DNA of 64,000 bases, from assembly GCF_004353825.1 (NCBI RefSeq), contig NZ_SMNA01000006.1, forward strand, positions 62,001-126,000, given 5' to 3'. The position numbers and the translations under genes are program-made. Within the stretch, counting starts at the first letter, position 1. The number at the start of each line of letters is the position of its first letter. Below the pieces are notes generated by a model. The model was not told where the DNA came from. It did not search any database and saw nothing but the letters and a program-made list of their open reading frames with translations. The stretch is from Occultella glacieicola. GTDB lineage: Bacteria > Actinomycetota > Actinomycetes > Actinomycetales > Beutenbergiaceae. Positions 54,181 through 63,107 of this stretch are shown here, piece after piece.

Positions 54181-55137
54181 GTGAGCACACACTCGATGGA
54201 ATACCGGCAACTCGGCGCTTCTGGTCTCACGGTCTCAGCAGTGGGCCTGGGCTGCAACTCGTTCGGACGGAACACCGCCGCCGGTGAGGTCCCCGGACTC
54301 GTGTCCGCGGCGCTGGACGCGGGCGTCACCCTGTTCGACACGGCCGACACCTACGGGGCCGTACCCGGGCTCAGCGAGGAACTCCTCGGCGCGGCGCTCG
54401 GCGGCCACCGGGACGATGTTGTCGTGGCCTCCAAGTTCGGCATGGACACCCGCGGCCTGAACGGGCCCGACTGGGGCGTGCGAGGCTCACGTCGCTACAT
54501 CCGGCGAGCGGTGGAAGGCTCCTTGCGCCGTCTCGGCACCGACCACCTCGACCTCTACCAGATGCACAAGCCGGACCCGCATACCCCGATCGAGGAGACC
54601 CTCGGGGCCCTGCACGAGCTGGTCGTCGAGGGCAAGGTCCGCTACGTGGGTTCCTCCAACTTCGCCGGCTGGCAGGTCGTCGACGCGGACTGGACGGCCC
54701 GGACCGCCGGGTATACCCCGTTCATCTCGGCGCAGAACGAGTACTCCCTGCTGAACCGCCGCCTCGAGGCGGAGGTGGTGCCCGCCGTGGAGCAGGTCGG
54801 CGCCGGCATCCTGCCGTTCTTCCCGCTCGCGTCCGGCCTGCTGACCGGCAAGTACGCACGGAACGCCCCGGCACCCGAGGGCACCCGCCTCGCGACGCGT
54901 CCGGAACGGTTGGAGCGGGCGGACTTCGACGCCATCGAGGCGCTGCAGACGTTCGCGCGGGCCCGGGACCTGACCCTGGTGCAGGTCGCGATCGGGTGGC
55001 TCGCGGCGCAGCCCGCGGTCGGTTCGGTGATCTCCGGGGCCTCGCGCCCCGAGCAGGTCCGCACGAACGCCGCGGCGCTCTGGGACCCTTCGGCCGAGGA
55101 TCTGGTCGAACTGGACGAGATCACCTCGCCCGCCTGA
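54181..55137 (+). CDS. Aldo/keto reductase
   Basis: LGASGLTVSAVGLG, FDTADTYG, SLRRLGTDHLDLYQMH, QNEYSL, PLASGLLTGKY. Confidence 0.93.
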   Translation: MSTHSMEYRQLGASGLTVSAVGLGCNSFGRNTAAGEVPGLVSAALDAGVTLFDTADTYGAVPGLSEELLGAALGGHRDDVVVASKFGMDTRGLNGPDWGVRGSRRYIRRAVEGSLRRLGTDHLDLYQMHKPDPHTPIEETLGALHELVVEGKVRYVGSSNFAGWQVVDADWTARTAGYTPFISAQNEYSLLNRRLEAEVVPAVEQVGAGILPFFPLASGLLTGKYARNAPAPEGTRLATRPERLERADFDAIEALQTFARARDLTLVQVAIGWLAAQPAVGSVISGASRPEQVRTNAAALWDPSAEDLVELDEITSPA

Positions 55138-55183
55138 GCGACCGCCGCGGGAGCCGGCCGGGCCGTTCGTACCGGCGGCGGGT

Positions 55184-55456
55184 TCAGCCCCGGCGCATCT
55201 CGATCGCGGTCAGCCCGCGCATGCTCAGCCAGGCGCGATCGGGGGACTGGACGAGCACGGCCAGCACCTCGCCGCAGCTGGCGCAGCGCACCACGCTGCC
55301 CGCACCGCTGCGATAGACCATCGCACGGGCGACCTCGGCGACCGCGCCGCAGCCGGCGCAGCGTCCGCTGGCCTCGGTCACGTCGATTCCGAGCAGTTCG
55401 GCGAACGGACCGGCGAGGGCGTTCCCGTCGAGGTGGGGCGGGGCTGCATTCGGCAT
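55184..55456 (-). CDS. Small Zn-ribbon protein (DUF6510-like)
   Basis: LDGNALAG, CAGCG and RCASCG; coupled to the upstream reductase. Confidence 0.78.
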   Translation of the reverse strand: MPNAAPPHLDGNALAGPFAELLGIDVTEASGRCAGCGAVAEVARAMVYRSGAGSVVRCASCGEVLAVLVQSPDRAWLSMRGLTAIEMRRG

Positions 55457-56262
55457 CAGGTGCCTCCGAATCGTTCGGTGCGGATGTCCTGGGCGCGGTG
55501 GCCCAGTTCGAGGAGCCAGGATGCGACGGCTTCGACGAACCCGGTGGAACCGCAGACGAACACCCGCGGCGCCGCACCGGCGGGCAGGACCGTGGCCTCG
55601 AGACGCTCGCGGGTGATGCGGCCCACCGGCCGTGGATCGCCGTCAGGTGCTCGCCGCGTGTAGACGAGGTCGACGCGCAGTGCACCCGGCTGTTCCGGGT
55701 CGCCGGTCGCCAGCGCCGCCAGTTCGTCGGCGAAAAACAGGTCGCTGGGCGAGCGCACCGAGTACAGCAGCCGGAACGGGGTGGCATCGCGTGCGGCGGC
55801 GTGGGCGGAGGCCATCGCGAACAGGGGCACAACCCCGGATCCGCCGCCGACCAGTTGCACCGGTCGCGGCGCTGCGGAGGGATCCGGGTCACGCCGGTGG
55901 CCGGGACTCGGAGCCCCGGCCGTGATCGGGTCCGGTCGCCACACGAAGAACCCGCCCAGCGGCCCGTGCACCTCGACGCGGTCGCCGACGCGCAACTCGT
56001 CCACCAGGAAGGGCGAGACCTCGCCGTCCGGCACCCGGTCGACCGCCAGCACGACGCGCGTCGACCCCCCGGACGACGCGATCGAGTATGAGCGGGTGGC
56101 GGTGTACCCGTCGGGCGCGGTGAGGCGCACGTCGAGGTGCTGGCCCGCCTCGTTGCCCGGCCAGCCGGCCACGTCGAGATCGATGCGGGCGGAGCCCGGC
56201 GTCTCGGGGCGGGTGCTGACGACAGTCGCGACGTGCCACGCGCTGCGCGGCCGTGCGATCAC
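55456..56262 (-). CDS. FAD/NAD(P)-binding ferredoxin reductase family oxidoreductase
   Basis: GQHLDVRLTAPDGY, RSYSIAS, GEVS, GGGSGVVP, FVCGS, ERFG; GTG start overlapping the upstream stop. Confidence 0.9.
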   Translation of the reverse strand: MIARPRSAWHVATVVSTRPETPGSARIDLDVAGWPGNEAGQHLDVRLTAPDGYTATRSYSIASSGGSTRVVLAVDRVPDGEVSPFLVDELRVGDRVEVHGPLGGFFVWRPDPITAGAPSPGHRRDPDPSAAPRPVQLVGGGSGVVPLFAMASAHAAARDATPFRLLYSVRSPSDLFFADELAALATGDPEQPGALRVDLVYTRRAPDGDPRPVGRITRERLEATVLPAGAAPRVFVCGSTGFVEAVASWLLELGHRAQDIRTERFGGT

Positions 56263-56852
56263 CAGTACCGCTCCTCCTTCCACGGGTCGCCACGCAGGTG
56301 GTAGCCGTTCTGCTCCCAGAATCCCGGTTCGTCCCGTTCGATCATGTCGAGCCCGCGCACCCATTTCGCGCTCTTCCAGAAGTACAGATGCGGCACGATC
56401 AGGCGGGCCGGCCCGCCGTGTTCGGCCGGGAGCGGTTCACCGTCGAACTCGAAGGCGACCCAGGCCTTACCGTCGAGCAGGTCGTCGAGGGGTACGTTCG
56501 TCGTGTAGCCGCCGTAGCTGTGCGCCATCGTGTAGTCGTAGCCGGTCTCGACATCGGCGAACAGGGTGTCGAGGGCGATGCCGCGCCAACTGGTGCCGAG
56601 CTTGGACCAGTGGGTCACGCAATGGATGTCGGTGGAGACGTCCTCGATCGGGAGCGCCATGAGGTCGTCCCAGGTCCAGCGATGGTCCACGCCCGTCTCG
56701 GTGTGGATCGTGAAGGCCCAGTCGGCGGTGTCGACCTCGGGGGTAGGACCGGCGGAGAGCACCGGGAAGTCGTGCACGAGGGTCTGCCCCGGGGGCAGGC
56801 GTTCGTCCCGGTCCCGACTGCGTCCGCCGAAGCCTCTGGTGATGAACGACAT
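56259..56852 (-). CDS. Sulfite oxidase-like molybdopterin oxidoreductase
   Basis: RLPPGQ, DIHCVTHWSK, YTTNVP, EHGGPARL, YFWKSAKW, GFWE..GYH. Confidence 0.92.
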   Translation of the reverse strand: MSFITRGFGGRSRDRDERLPPGQTLVHDFPVLSAGPTPEVDTADWAFTIHTETGVDHRWTWDDLMALPIEDVSTDIHCVTHWSKLGTSWRGIALDTLFADVETGYDYTMAHSYGGYTTNVPLDDLLDGKAWVAFEFDGEPLPAEHGGPARLIVPHLYFWKSAKWVRGLDMIERDEPGFWEQNGYHLRGDPWKEERYW

Positions 56853-56918
56853 CGTCACTCCCTGGTCGAGCCAAGACTAGGGCGCGAGGGGCGTGCCTGT
56901 CACGGGTCCCAGGAGCGC

Positions 56919-57560
56919 TCAGAGCAGGCTCGCCCGCCGGGATCCGAGCGCAGCCACGGCCCGCAACGTGACCTGGTGGCGGGTGGCCGCCGCGGTCACG
57001 GCCGTGTGCCAGAGGCGTTCGTAACCGCCCCGGTCGCCGCCATCGGGCCGCGCGATCGCGATGACGAGGCTGGCCGGCACCCGGTCCGGGCCCTGGGCCG
57101 CCTCCCGGAACTCCGCGAACAGCCGGTCCAGGTGGGCCCGCTCGGGCCGCTGCCCGCGCTCACCCAGCAGGAGCAGCAGATCGGTCATCGTGTCCCGTCC
57201 GTCCATCACGAAGCACCACACCGATGGTGAGCCCTCGACGATCAGGGCGCTGGTCGTCGTGGTCAGCACCGCCAGCAGGGCGGCGTCGTCCGGGATCGCC
57301 ACCCCCGGACCGGGCATCGGGACGTGCACTCCGGCCGAGGTGGCTGCGGAGGGTTCGGTCACGTCCGGGACGGACCAGTCGCCGTAGTCGTCGTCGTCGT
57401 CAACGTCGTCGTCGACGTAGTCCCAGAGGTCATCGTCGTCACCGCCCAGGTCGTCATCCTCATCACCCAGGTGGCCGAGGTCGAGGTGGGCCAGTTCCTC
57501 GATCCACAGCTCGACGGTCTCAGGTTCGCTTCGCCGCTGCTCGTGCCCGCGCTCGCTCAT
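56919..57560 (-). CDS. Hypothetical protein with an acidic N-terminal tract
   Basis: Asp-rich tract (DEDDDLGGDDDDLWDYVDDDVDDDDD) followed by a globular-looking domain; fills the gap between genes. Confidence 0.6.
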   Translation of the reverse strand: MSERGHEQRRSEPETVELWIEELAHLDLGHLGDEDDDLGGDDDDLWDYVDDDVDDDDDYGDWSVPDVTEPSAATSAGVHVPMPGPGVAIPDDAALLAVLTTTTSALIVEGSPSVWCFVMDGRDTMTDLLLLLGERGQRPERAHLDRLFAEFREAAQGPDRVPASLVIAIARPDGGDRGGYERLWHTAVTAAATRHQVTLRAVAALGSRRASLL

Positions 57561-57732
57561 CCGGCCACGATGGCCTCGGTCGGGCCCGCGGTCCCGGGCT
57601 CGTCAGCCGCCTGTGGAAAGGGCGGCACTTCAGCCCGCCTGTGGACGTGCAGTGGTCATACTGGTGTTCGACCGCCGACGGCCCCACTGCCGTCGCCGAC
57701 GACATCCACGATCGGCGGTCGAGGAGGCGGTC

Positions 57733-58185
57733 ATGGCGATCCAGGGCTATCTCAGGATCCAGGACATCCGTGGCGAGAGCGCCCGGGACGGCCACGAGGA
57801 CGAGATCGAGTTGCACGGGATCGAGTTCGGCATGGCCGCACCGATCGACGGCGGGGCCGGGGGAGCGCGCCGGGGCCGGGTCACCCTCGAACCGATCCGG
57901 GTCGTGAAGCGCTACGACCGGTCGTCTGCGGCATTGAAGCAGGCACTCTTCCGCAACCAGGTCTTCCCCGAGGCCCTGATCGCGGTGCGCCGGACCGTCG
58001 ATGGCGAGACGTCCGACTACCTCGTGATCACGATGACGGGAGCCAACATCATCGAGTACCACCTACGGCCCGGGGGCGAGCCGGACGTGCTGGAGGAGAC
58101 CCTCGCCTTCAGCTACGCCGAGGCAACATTCGTGTATGACGGATCATATGAGGTGGCCCTGGAATCCCGACGTGGCGTCCGTTGA
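57733..58185 (+). CDS. hcp: Hcp family type VI secretion tube-like protein (orphan)
   Basis: YLRIQDIRGES..DGHEDEIEL, V.KRYDRSS..L, YL.ITM.GA.I, E.LAFSY; 150 aa; RBS GAGGAGG. Confidence 0.8.
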   Translation: MAIQGYLRIQDIRGESARDGHEDEIELHGIEFGMAAPIDGGAGGARRGRVTLEPIRVVKRYDRSSAALKQALFRNQVFPEALIAVRRTVDGETSDYLVITMTGANIIEYHLRPGGEPDVLEETLAFSYAEATFVYDGSYEVALESRRGVR

Positions 58186-58194
58186 CCCGAGCCG

Positions 58195-58986
58195 GTGCAC
58201 TCGGTGAGCCCACCGAACACCGCCGAGGCCGCAACGGTGCTGCGGCTGCGGGCGGCCGGGTGCGTGTTCGCCGAGGACGAGGCTCACCTGCTGCACGAGG
58301 CCGCGACCGGTTCCGTCCACCTCGAGACGCTCGTCACTCGGCGCACCGGCGGCGAGCCGCTGGAGCAGATCCTCGGCTGGTCCGCCTTCGCGGGGCTGCG
58401 GATCCTCCTCGAGCCGGGGGTCTTCGTCCCGCGCACGCGCACCGAGTTCCTGGCCGAGACCGCCGCCGCCCTGCTGCGGCCCGGCGACGTGGCTGTGGAC
58501 CTGTGCTGCGGCGCCGGGGCCATCGCCGCCGTTCTCGCGGCCCGGGTCCCCGGCCTCGACCTGCACGCCGCCGACATCCAGCCGGAGGCGGTGCACTGCG
58601 CGCGGCGCAACCTGGCCGGCCGCGGACAGGTTCACGCCGGGGACCTCTTCGGCGCGCTGCCCGCTGACCTGACCGGACGCGTCGGAGTGCTCGTCGCGAA
58701 CACTCCGTACGTACCGACCGACGCGATCGCCCGGATGCCTCCCGAGGCGCGCGACCATGAGCCACACGTGACCTTGGACGGCGGGCCCGACGGCCTCGAC
58801 GTGCAGCGTCGGCTGGCCGAGGGGGCAGGTCGGTGGTTGGCGCCCGGCGGGTACCTGCTCGTCGAGACGAGCAGCGCGCAGGGCCCGACGGCGGCCCGCA
58901 TCTTCTCCGGGCACGGCCTCGTCGCGCAGGTGCTCACCGACGACGAGGTCGGTGCCACGGTGGTGCGCGGCCGCCGCCCAGGCTGA
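58195..58986 (+). CDS. PrmC/HemK-like putative protein N5-glutamine methyltransferase
   Basis: LRAAGCVFAEDEA, RR..GEPLE.ILG, VFVPR.RTE, DLCCGAG, NTPYVP, LDGGPDGL. Confidence 0.85.
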   Translation: MHSVSPPNTAEAATVLRLRAAGCVFAEDEAHLLHEAATGSVHLETLVTRRTGGEPLEQILGWSAFAGLRILLEPGVFVPRTRTEFLAETAAALLRPGDVAVDLCCGAGAIAAVLAARVPGLDLHAADIQPEAVHCARRNLAGRGQVHAGDLFGALPADLTGRVGVLVANTPYVPTDAIARMPPEARDHEPHVTLDGGPDGLDVQRRLAEGAGRWLAPGGYLLVETSSAQGPTAARIFSGHGLVAQVLTDDEVGATVVRGRRPG

Positions 58987-59023
58987 CCGACATCGAGGTG
59001 CTCCCGGCGTGACGCCCGGTCGC

Positions 59024-59728
59024 TCAGTCAGTCGCGAGGGCGTCGACGATCGTCGCGCCCAGGTCGTCCGGGCGACTGAACTGGGGCCAGTGCCCGGTCG
59101 GCAGGTCCCGGTACTCGACCGAGCGGAGCCGCCCGAGTTCACGCACGAACGGGTGGTCCTGAGCCATCCAGTCCTTGAGCATGGCCGACGGGAACTCGCA
59201 CGCGATCACGGTGGCCGGAACGTCGAGGCGCCGTTCGTCGGTCAGGTGCATCGGATCCTGCGCGACGTGCGCGGGCGTGGGGATCGCCCGGGCTCGGAAC
59301 TCGGCTCGGAGCGCGTCGTCGAGGCCGACGAGATCAGCATCCTCGAACACCGACCAGTCCGGCAACGGCAGTTCGCCGCCGACCGTCGGGTACTCGTCGT
59401 TGATGACCGCGCCCTCGCCCGACGGTCCACTGTCCACGTAGATCACCCGCGCCACCCGGTCCGGTCGTGCGTCGACCGCGCCGTACGCGACGGCGCCTCC
59501 GCCGGAGTGCCCCACAAGCACCACGGGAGCCTCGGGGTGGGCGTCGATCTCCGCGACCACCGCAGCGATGTGGTCGGCGAGGGTGATCTGGCTGCGGTCG
59601 GTGTCCCGGGACTCCATGCCCGGGAGCGTCAGCGGGAAGCACGCATGGCCGGCCCGCTCGAGGTGTGGCACCACCGCCTCCCAGGATGCGCCGTCGAGCC
59701 AGAAGCCGGGGATCATGAGGATGTCCAT
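59024..59728 (-). CDS. Alpha/beta fold hydrolase
   Basis: IPGFWLDGASW, LTLPG, LVGHSGGG, TGHWPQFSRP; leaderless ATG 59728. Confidence 0.88.
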   Translation of the reverse strand: MDILMIPGFWLDGASWEAVVPHLERAGHACFPLTLPGMESRDTDRSQITLADHIAAVVAEIDAHPEAPVVLVGHSGGGAVAYGAVDARPDRVARVIYVDSGPSGEGAVINDEYPTVGGELPLPDWSVFEDADLVGLDDALRAEFRARAIPTPAHVAQDPMHLTDERRLDVPATVIACEFPSAMLKDWMAQDHPFVRELGRLRSVEYRDLPTGHWPQFSRPDDLGATIVDALATD

Positions 59729-59735
59729 ACCGAGC

Positions 59736-59757
59736 ACGGTACGGGCGGCCACCGACA
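59736..59757 (-). promoter_or_regulatory. PafBC-type promoter of the soluble hydrolase
   Basis: Minus strand TGTCGG-TGGCCGCCCG-TACCGT, then 7 nt to the ATG. Confidence 0.75.
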
Positions 59758-59827
59758 TTCGCCCGTGCGTGTGGTGGCCCGCCGGTGACCGGTGCGCCAC
59801 GGCCGGGCGCTTCGCACCGGCTGCCCT

Positions 59828-59849
59828 TGTCGGAGGGGCACGCTAGATT
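59828..59849 (+). promoter_or_regulatory. PafBC-type promoter facing the large membrane protein
   Basis: TGTCGG-AGGGGCACGC-TAGATT. Confidence 0.62.
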
Positions 59850-59894
59850 CGCAGCACAGACACTCCGACGAGCGCGGATCACCAGGTCGGGAGC

Positions 59895-62800
59895 GTGACG
59901 ATGCGCAAGAGGTGCCGGACCGGGCGGGACGGCCGACCGGAGCGGGTCCCCGTGTCGGTGCTCGAGTTGCGCGTGCACGGGATCGGGAACACGCCCCCGG
60001 CGGTGCTCCTCGACCTGCCTCCGGCCGAGATCCAGCAGTCGCGCGGGGACGCGCTCGGCAGCTTCTGGGTGCCGACGACCGCCGCGAGCGAACGGGATCG
60101 CGCCCTACCGCCGGCCGACGTCCACGCCATCCGGCCGGACACCCGCCGCGAGGCCTACTCCTGGGGCGCCATGGCCCGACTGTCCGCCATCCCCGGATGG
60201 GGTCTGATCGGATCGTTGGCCCGGGGCCTGATCCGGGTCGGCTGGACCGTCCTGGTCCCGTTCGGACTCGCCAACGTGGCGTACTGGACCCGGCGGCTAC
60301 CGGATGCGTCCGCGGGCTGGCGGGCCGGGAACGGCGCCGCGAGCATCCGGGTGTTCTCCCTGCTGCTCACCTTGCTCTTCACGGCGTCGACGGCGTCGGT
60401 GACCCTCGGGCTGCTCGCCGGGCAGTGCTTCCCGGCCGCGCAGTCGGTGGCGGCCCCGGGTGTCGGCACGGAGGTCGAGGTGGGTCTCGCCTGCGCGCAG
60501 CTGCCAGGATTCCTGCAGGCCCTGGCCGGATGGGAACCGGGTGCGCGGACCGTGGTGTTCGCCCTGGTGCCGTTGGCGGCCGTGCTGGCGCTTTGGTTGA
60601 TCTCCCTGACCGGTCAGGTCCGGTACGAGGAGCGGATGTCGGCGACATACGCGAGCCGGCCGGATTCGGACGGGAGCGGGATCCGAGGGAGCGGAACGGT
60701 CCCGGTGCCGCCGGGGGAGTCCGGGCCGATCCCGATCGCGCCCCGGCGGGTCCGGCCCGTGGTGGGTCCGGCTTCGGGGGTGCCGGTCCTGGCCACCCCG
60801 GGGTTCTGGGGCCACCGGCTGCTGACGGTCACCACTGCTCGGCTGCACCTCGCGGCCGCGGCCGCGCTGCTCACCGCGGTCCTCGCCTGGGACGGCGTGC
60901 TCGGTCCCGTGGCGGCGTGTCGGAGCCTGGCGAGCGTGCCGACCGGCGCATGCCTCGACGCGGGCGCGCGGCTCGCCGGCACCCGGCCGCTGCTGACCGG
61001 CCTAGGGGCCCTCGCGGTGGTGGTCCTGGCCTGGACCATCGCCCGGGTATGCATCGGATCCGAGGCGAGCCCGGACGTGGGCAGCGCCGGACGGACCCGG
61101 CGGCTCCAGTCCGGCTGGCTCCTGCTCGGCGCCCTGGCGGTGTTCGGGGGTGCGCTGCTGGTCACCTGGCGGTCCGAGGACCGTCAGGCCTCTGCGGGGT
61201 ACGCCGGGCTCGAAGCGGTCCCCGTGGTGCTGGTCGCGGTACTCCTCGGGATCGCGGTCGCGGCACTGGGGTGGCGTGGCGGCCTGCGGCCGGGCCTGTG
61301 GGTGCCGCTGCTGGCGATCGGGACGCTCGGCTGTGGTGGATTCGCCTTGCTGCGCGGTACGGCGGACTGGGCCGGACTGCTGCTCGGTGGCGGGATCCTC
61401 GCGCTCCTGACGTTGGTCGCGGCGGTGGTCGTGGCACTGCGCCGGCCCCCCGGAGCCGGCGAGGGCTGGTCCGGCGGTGCACCCGGTGTCCTGCTGCTCC
61501 TGGCGGCGGGCGCGGCGATGATCTTCTCGACGCTCGTCGTGCTCGGGACGGAAACCTTCCTGAACGGTTCCGGGCCACGCGCACCGTTCGCCGTCGCGGC
61601 TGGTTCAGCGCTGATGCTCCCGACGGCGGAGCTCGCCCCGATCGGCGATCTGGCCCGGGCGCAGGCGGGCTGGCCGGGTGCCCTGGCGGCGCCGCAGGCC
61701 TACGCCGAATTCGGGCTCGCGACGCTCGTCACGTTGGCCGTCTTCGTGCTGGCGGTGATCCCACCCGCGCTGCGCGCGGTGTTCGGGACCCGGCGGGTGC
61801 CCGGTGCCCCGAGGACCTGGACCGGCCCTGGCACCGGGCCAGAGGCCGGGACCCGGGACGGGACAGGGAACCGGAACGGGACGGCGACCCGGACCGGGAC
61901 AGCGACCCGGAACGGGACGGGGACACCGAACGGGACGGGCCGGGCGGGGACCGGGTCCGCGGCCGGGGGAGACGCGGACGCGCGGGCCGGCGACGGGGAT
62001 CGCTCCGGCTATGGTCCGGCGGCCACCCAGGTCGAGCGGTCGCGGCGGGTGGCCGCGGCGATCCAGCGCGCCGAGCCGGTCGTCGGGTGGCTCGCGGGTG
62101 GTGCGGGCCTCGCGCTCGTCCTCACCCTGCTGACCAGGTCGCCCGGGTTGCCCGGGCCGCCGGGTGGGACGGGAGCCGCCGCGGACGGCACCGCCGACAC
62201 CTCGGTGGTCGGCGTGGATCTGGTCGGGTTCGCGCTACCTCCGTGGGCGCTGCCGGCGGACGTGACCGCCTGGGCGGTCGCCGCCGTGGGAGCCGCAGCG
62301 GTCGCGCTGCTAGGGGCGATGCTGGCCGGCTCGATCGGTGGCGGCGCGCGACCCCTCGGGATCCTCTGGGACATGATCTGCTTCCTGCCCCGCGCCGCCC
62401 ACCCGTTCGGACCACCCTGCTACGCGGAGCGAGTGGTTCCGGAGTTGCGGGGGCGGATCGACGCGTGGTTCGCGCCGACCCCGGCGTCGGACGACCCACG
62501 GGACCTCGTCCCGCCGGAACGGCGCCGGGTGGTGCTCTCGGCACACTCCCTGGGGGCGGTGCTGGCCGTCGCCGTACTGCTCGCGCGCCCGCGGGACGCG
62601 GCTTCCGCCCGGATCGGCCTGTTGACCTACGGCACCCAGGTGCGCGGGTTCTTCGGACGCTACTTCCCCGAACTGCTCGGCCACCCGGCCACCGGCAGCC
62701 CGCCGTGCCGGGCGCCCTCCTACGTGAGCGCCGATCCGTGGCACCGCGACGCGGCCAGTCCACTCGAGGGCGGGGCGGGCGCGCACACCCTCGTGGCCCT

Positions 62801-63107
62801 GCTGCGCGGGCCCCGGCCGGGCGAACCAGCGTGGGTGAACCTCTGGCGCCGCACCGACCCCCTCGGGCTTCCCGTCCACTCCTACGCCGGCAACGAGATC
62901 GACCGCGGCGCCGAGGAGCGCGACCGGGCCGGGTACCTGTTCGGCGTGATGGCCCACTCCGGCTACCCGCGCGCCTACGCCTACCACCGCGGGCTCGAGG
63001 AGGTCCTGACGCGGCTGTCCGGCGACCGGTCCGGCACCATCAGCGGTGCTCACCGCCGTCGCCGCCCCGGGTTGGGAAGGACGGGTGAACGTGGCAGGAT
63101 CTCCTGA
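59895..63107 (+). CDS. Large polytopic membrane protein with split alpha/beta-hydrolase motifs
   Basis: ELRVHG near the N-terminus, many hydrophobic segments, then SAHSLG, LLTYG, NLWRRTDPLG, AHSGY; start uncertain (59895, 59901 or 59952). Confidence 0.75.
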   Translation: MTMRKRCRTGRDGRPERVPVSVLELRVHGIGNTPPAVLLDLPPAEIQQSRGDALGSFWVPTTAASERDRALPPADVHAIRPDTRREAYSWGAMARLSAIPGWGLIGSLARGLIRVGWTVLVPFGLANVAYWTRRLPDASAGWRAGNGAASIRVFSLLLTLLFTASTASVTLGLLAGQCFPAAQSVAAPGVGTEVEVGLACAQLPGFLQALAGWEPGARTVVFALVPLAAVLALWLISLTGQVRYEERMSATYASRPDSDGSGIRGSGTVPVPPGESGPIPIAPRRVRPVVGPASGVPVLATPGFWGHRLLTVTTARLHLAAAAALLTAVLAWDGVLGPVAACRSLASVPTGACLDAGARLAGTRPLLTGLGALAVVVLAWTIARVCIGSEASPDVGSAGRTRRLQSGWLLLGALAVFGGALLVTWRSEDRQASAGYAGLEAVPVVLVAVLLGIAVAALGWRGGLRPGLWVPLLAIGTLGCGGFALLRGTADWAGLLLGGGILALLTLVAAVVVALRRPPGAGEGWSGGAPGVLLLLAAGAAMIFSTLVVLGTETFLNGSGPRAPFAVAAGSALMLPTAELAPIGDLARAQAGWPGALAAPQAYAEFGLATLVTLAVFVLAVIPPALRAVFGTRRVPGAPRTWTGPGTGPEAGTRDGTGNRNGTATRTGTATRNGTGTPNGTGRAGTGSAAGGDADARAGDGDRSGYGPAATQVERSRRVAAAIQRAEPVVGWLAGGAGLALVLTLLTRSPGLPGPPGGTGAAADGTADTSVVGVDLVGFALPPWALPADVTAWAVAAVGAAAVALLGAMLAGSIGGGARPLGILWDMICFLPRAAHPFGPPCYAERVVPELRGRIDAWFAPTPASDDPRDLVPPERRRVVLSAHSLGAVLAVAVLLARPRDAASARIGLLTYGTQVRGFFGRYFPELLGHPATGSPPCRAPSYVSADPWHRDAASPLEGGAGAHTLVALLRGPRPGEPAWVNLWRRTDPLGLPVHSYAGNEIDRGAEERDRAGYLFGVMAHSGYPRAYAYHRGLEEVLTRLSGDRSGTISGAHRRRRPGLGRTGERGRIS
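61846..61955 (+). repeat. Degenerate 18-bp coding repeat (Gly/Thr/Arg/Asn hexapeptides)
   Basis: GTRDGT-GNRNGT-ATRTGT-ATRNGT-GTPNGT-GRAGTG in the translation. Confidence 0.7.
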
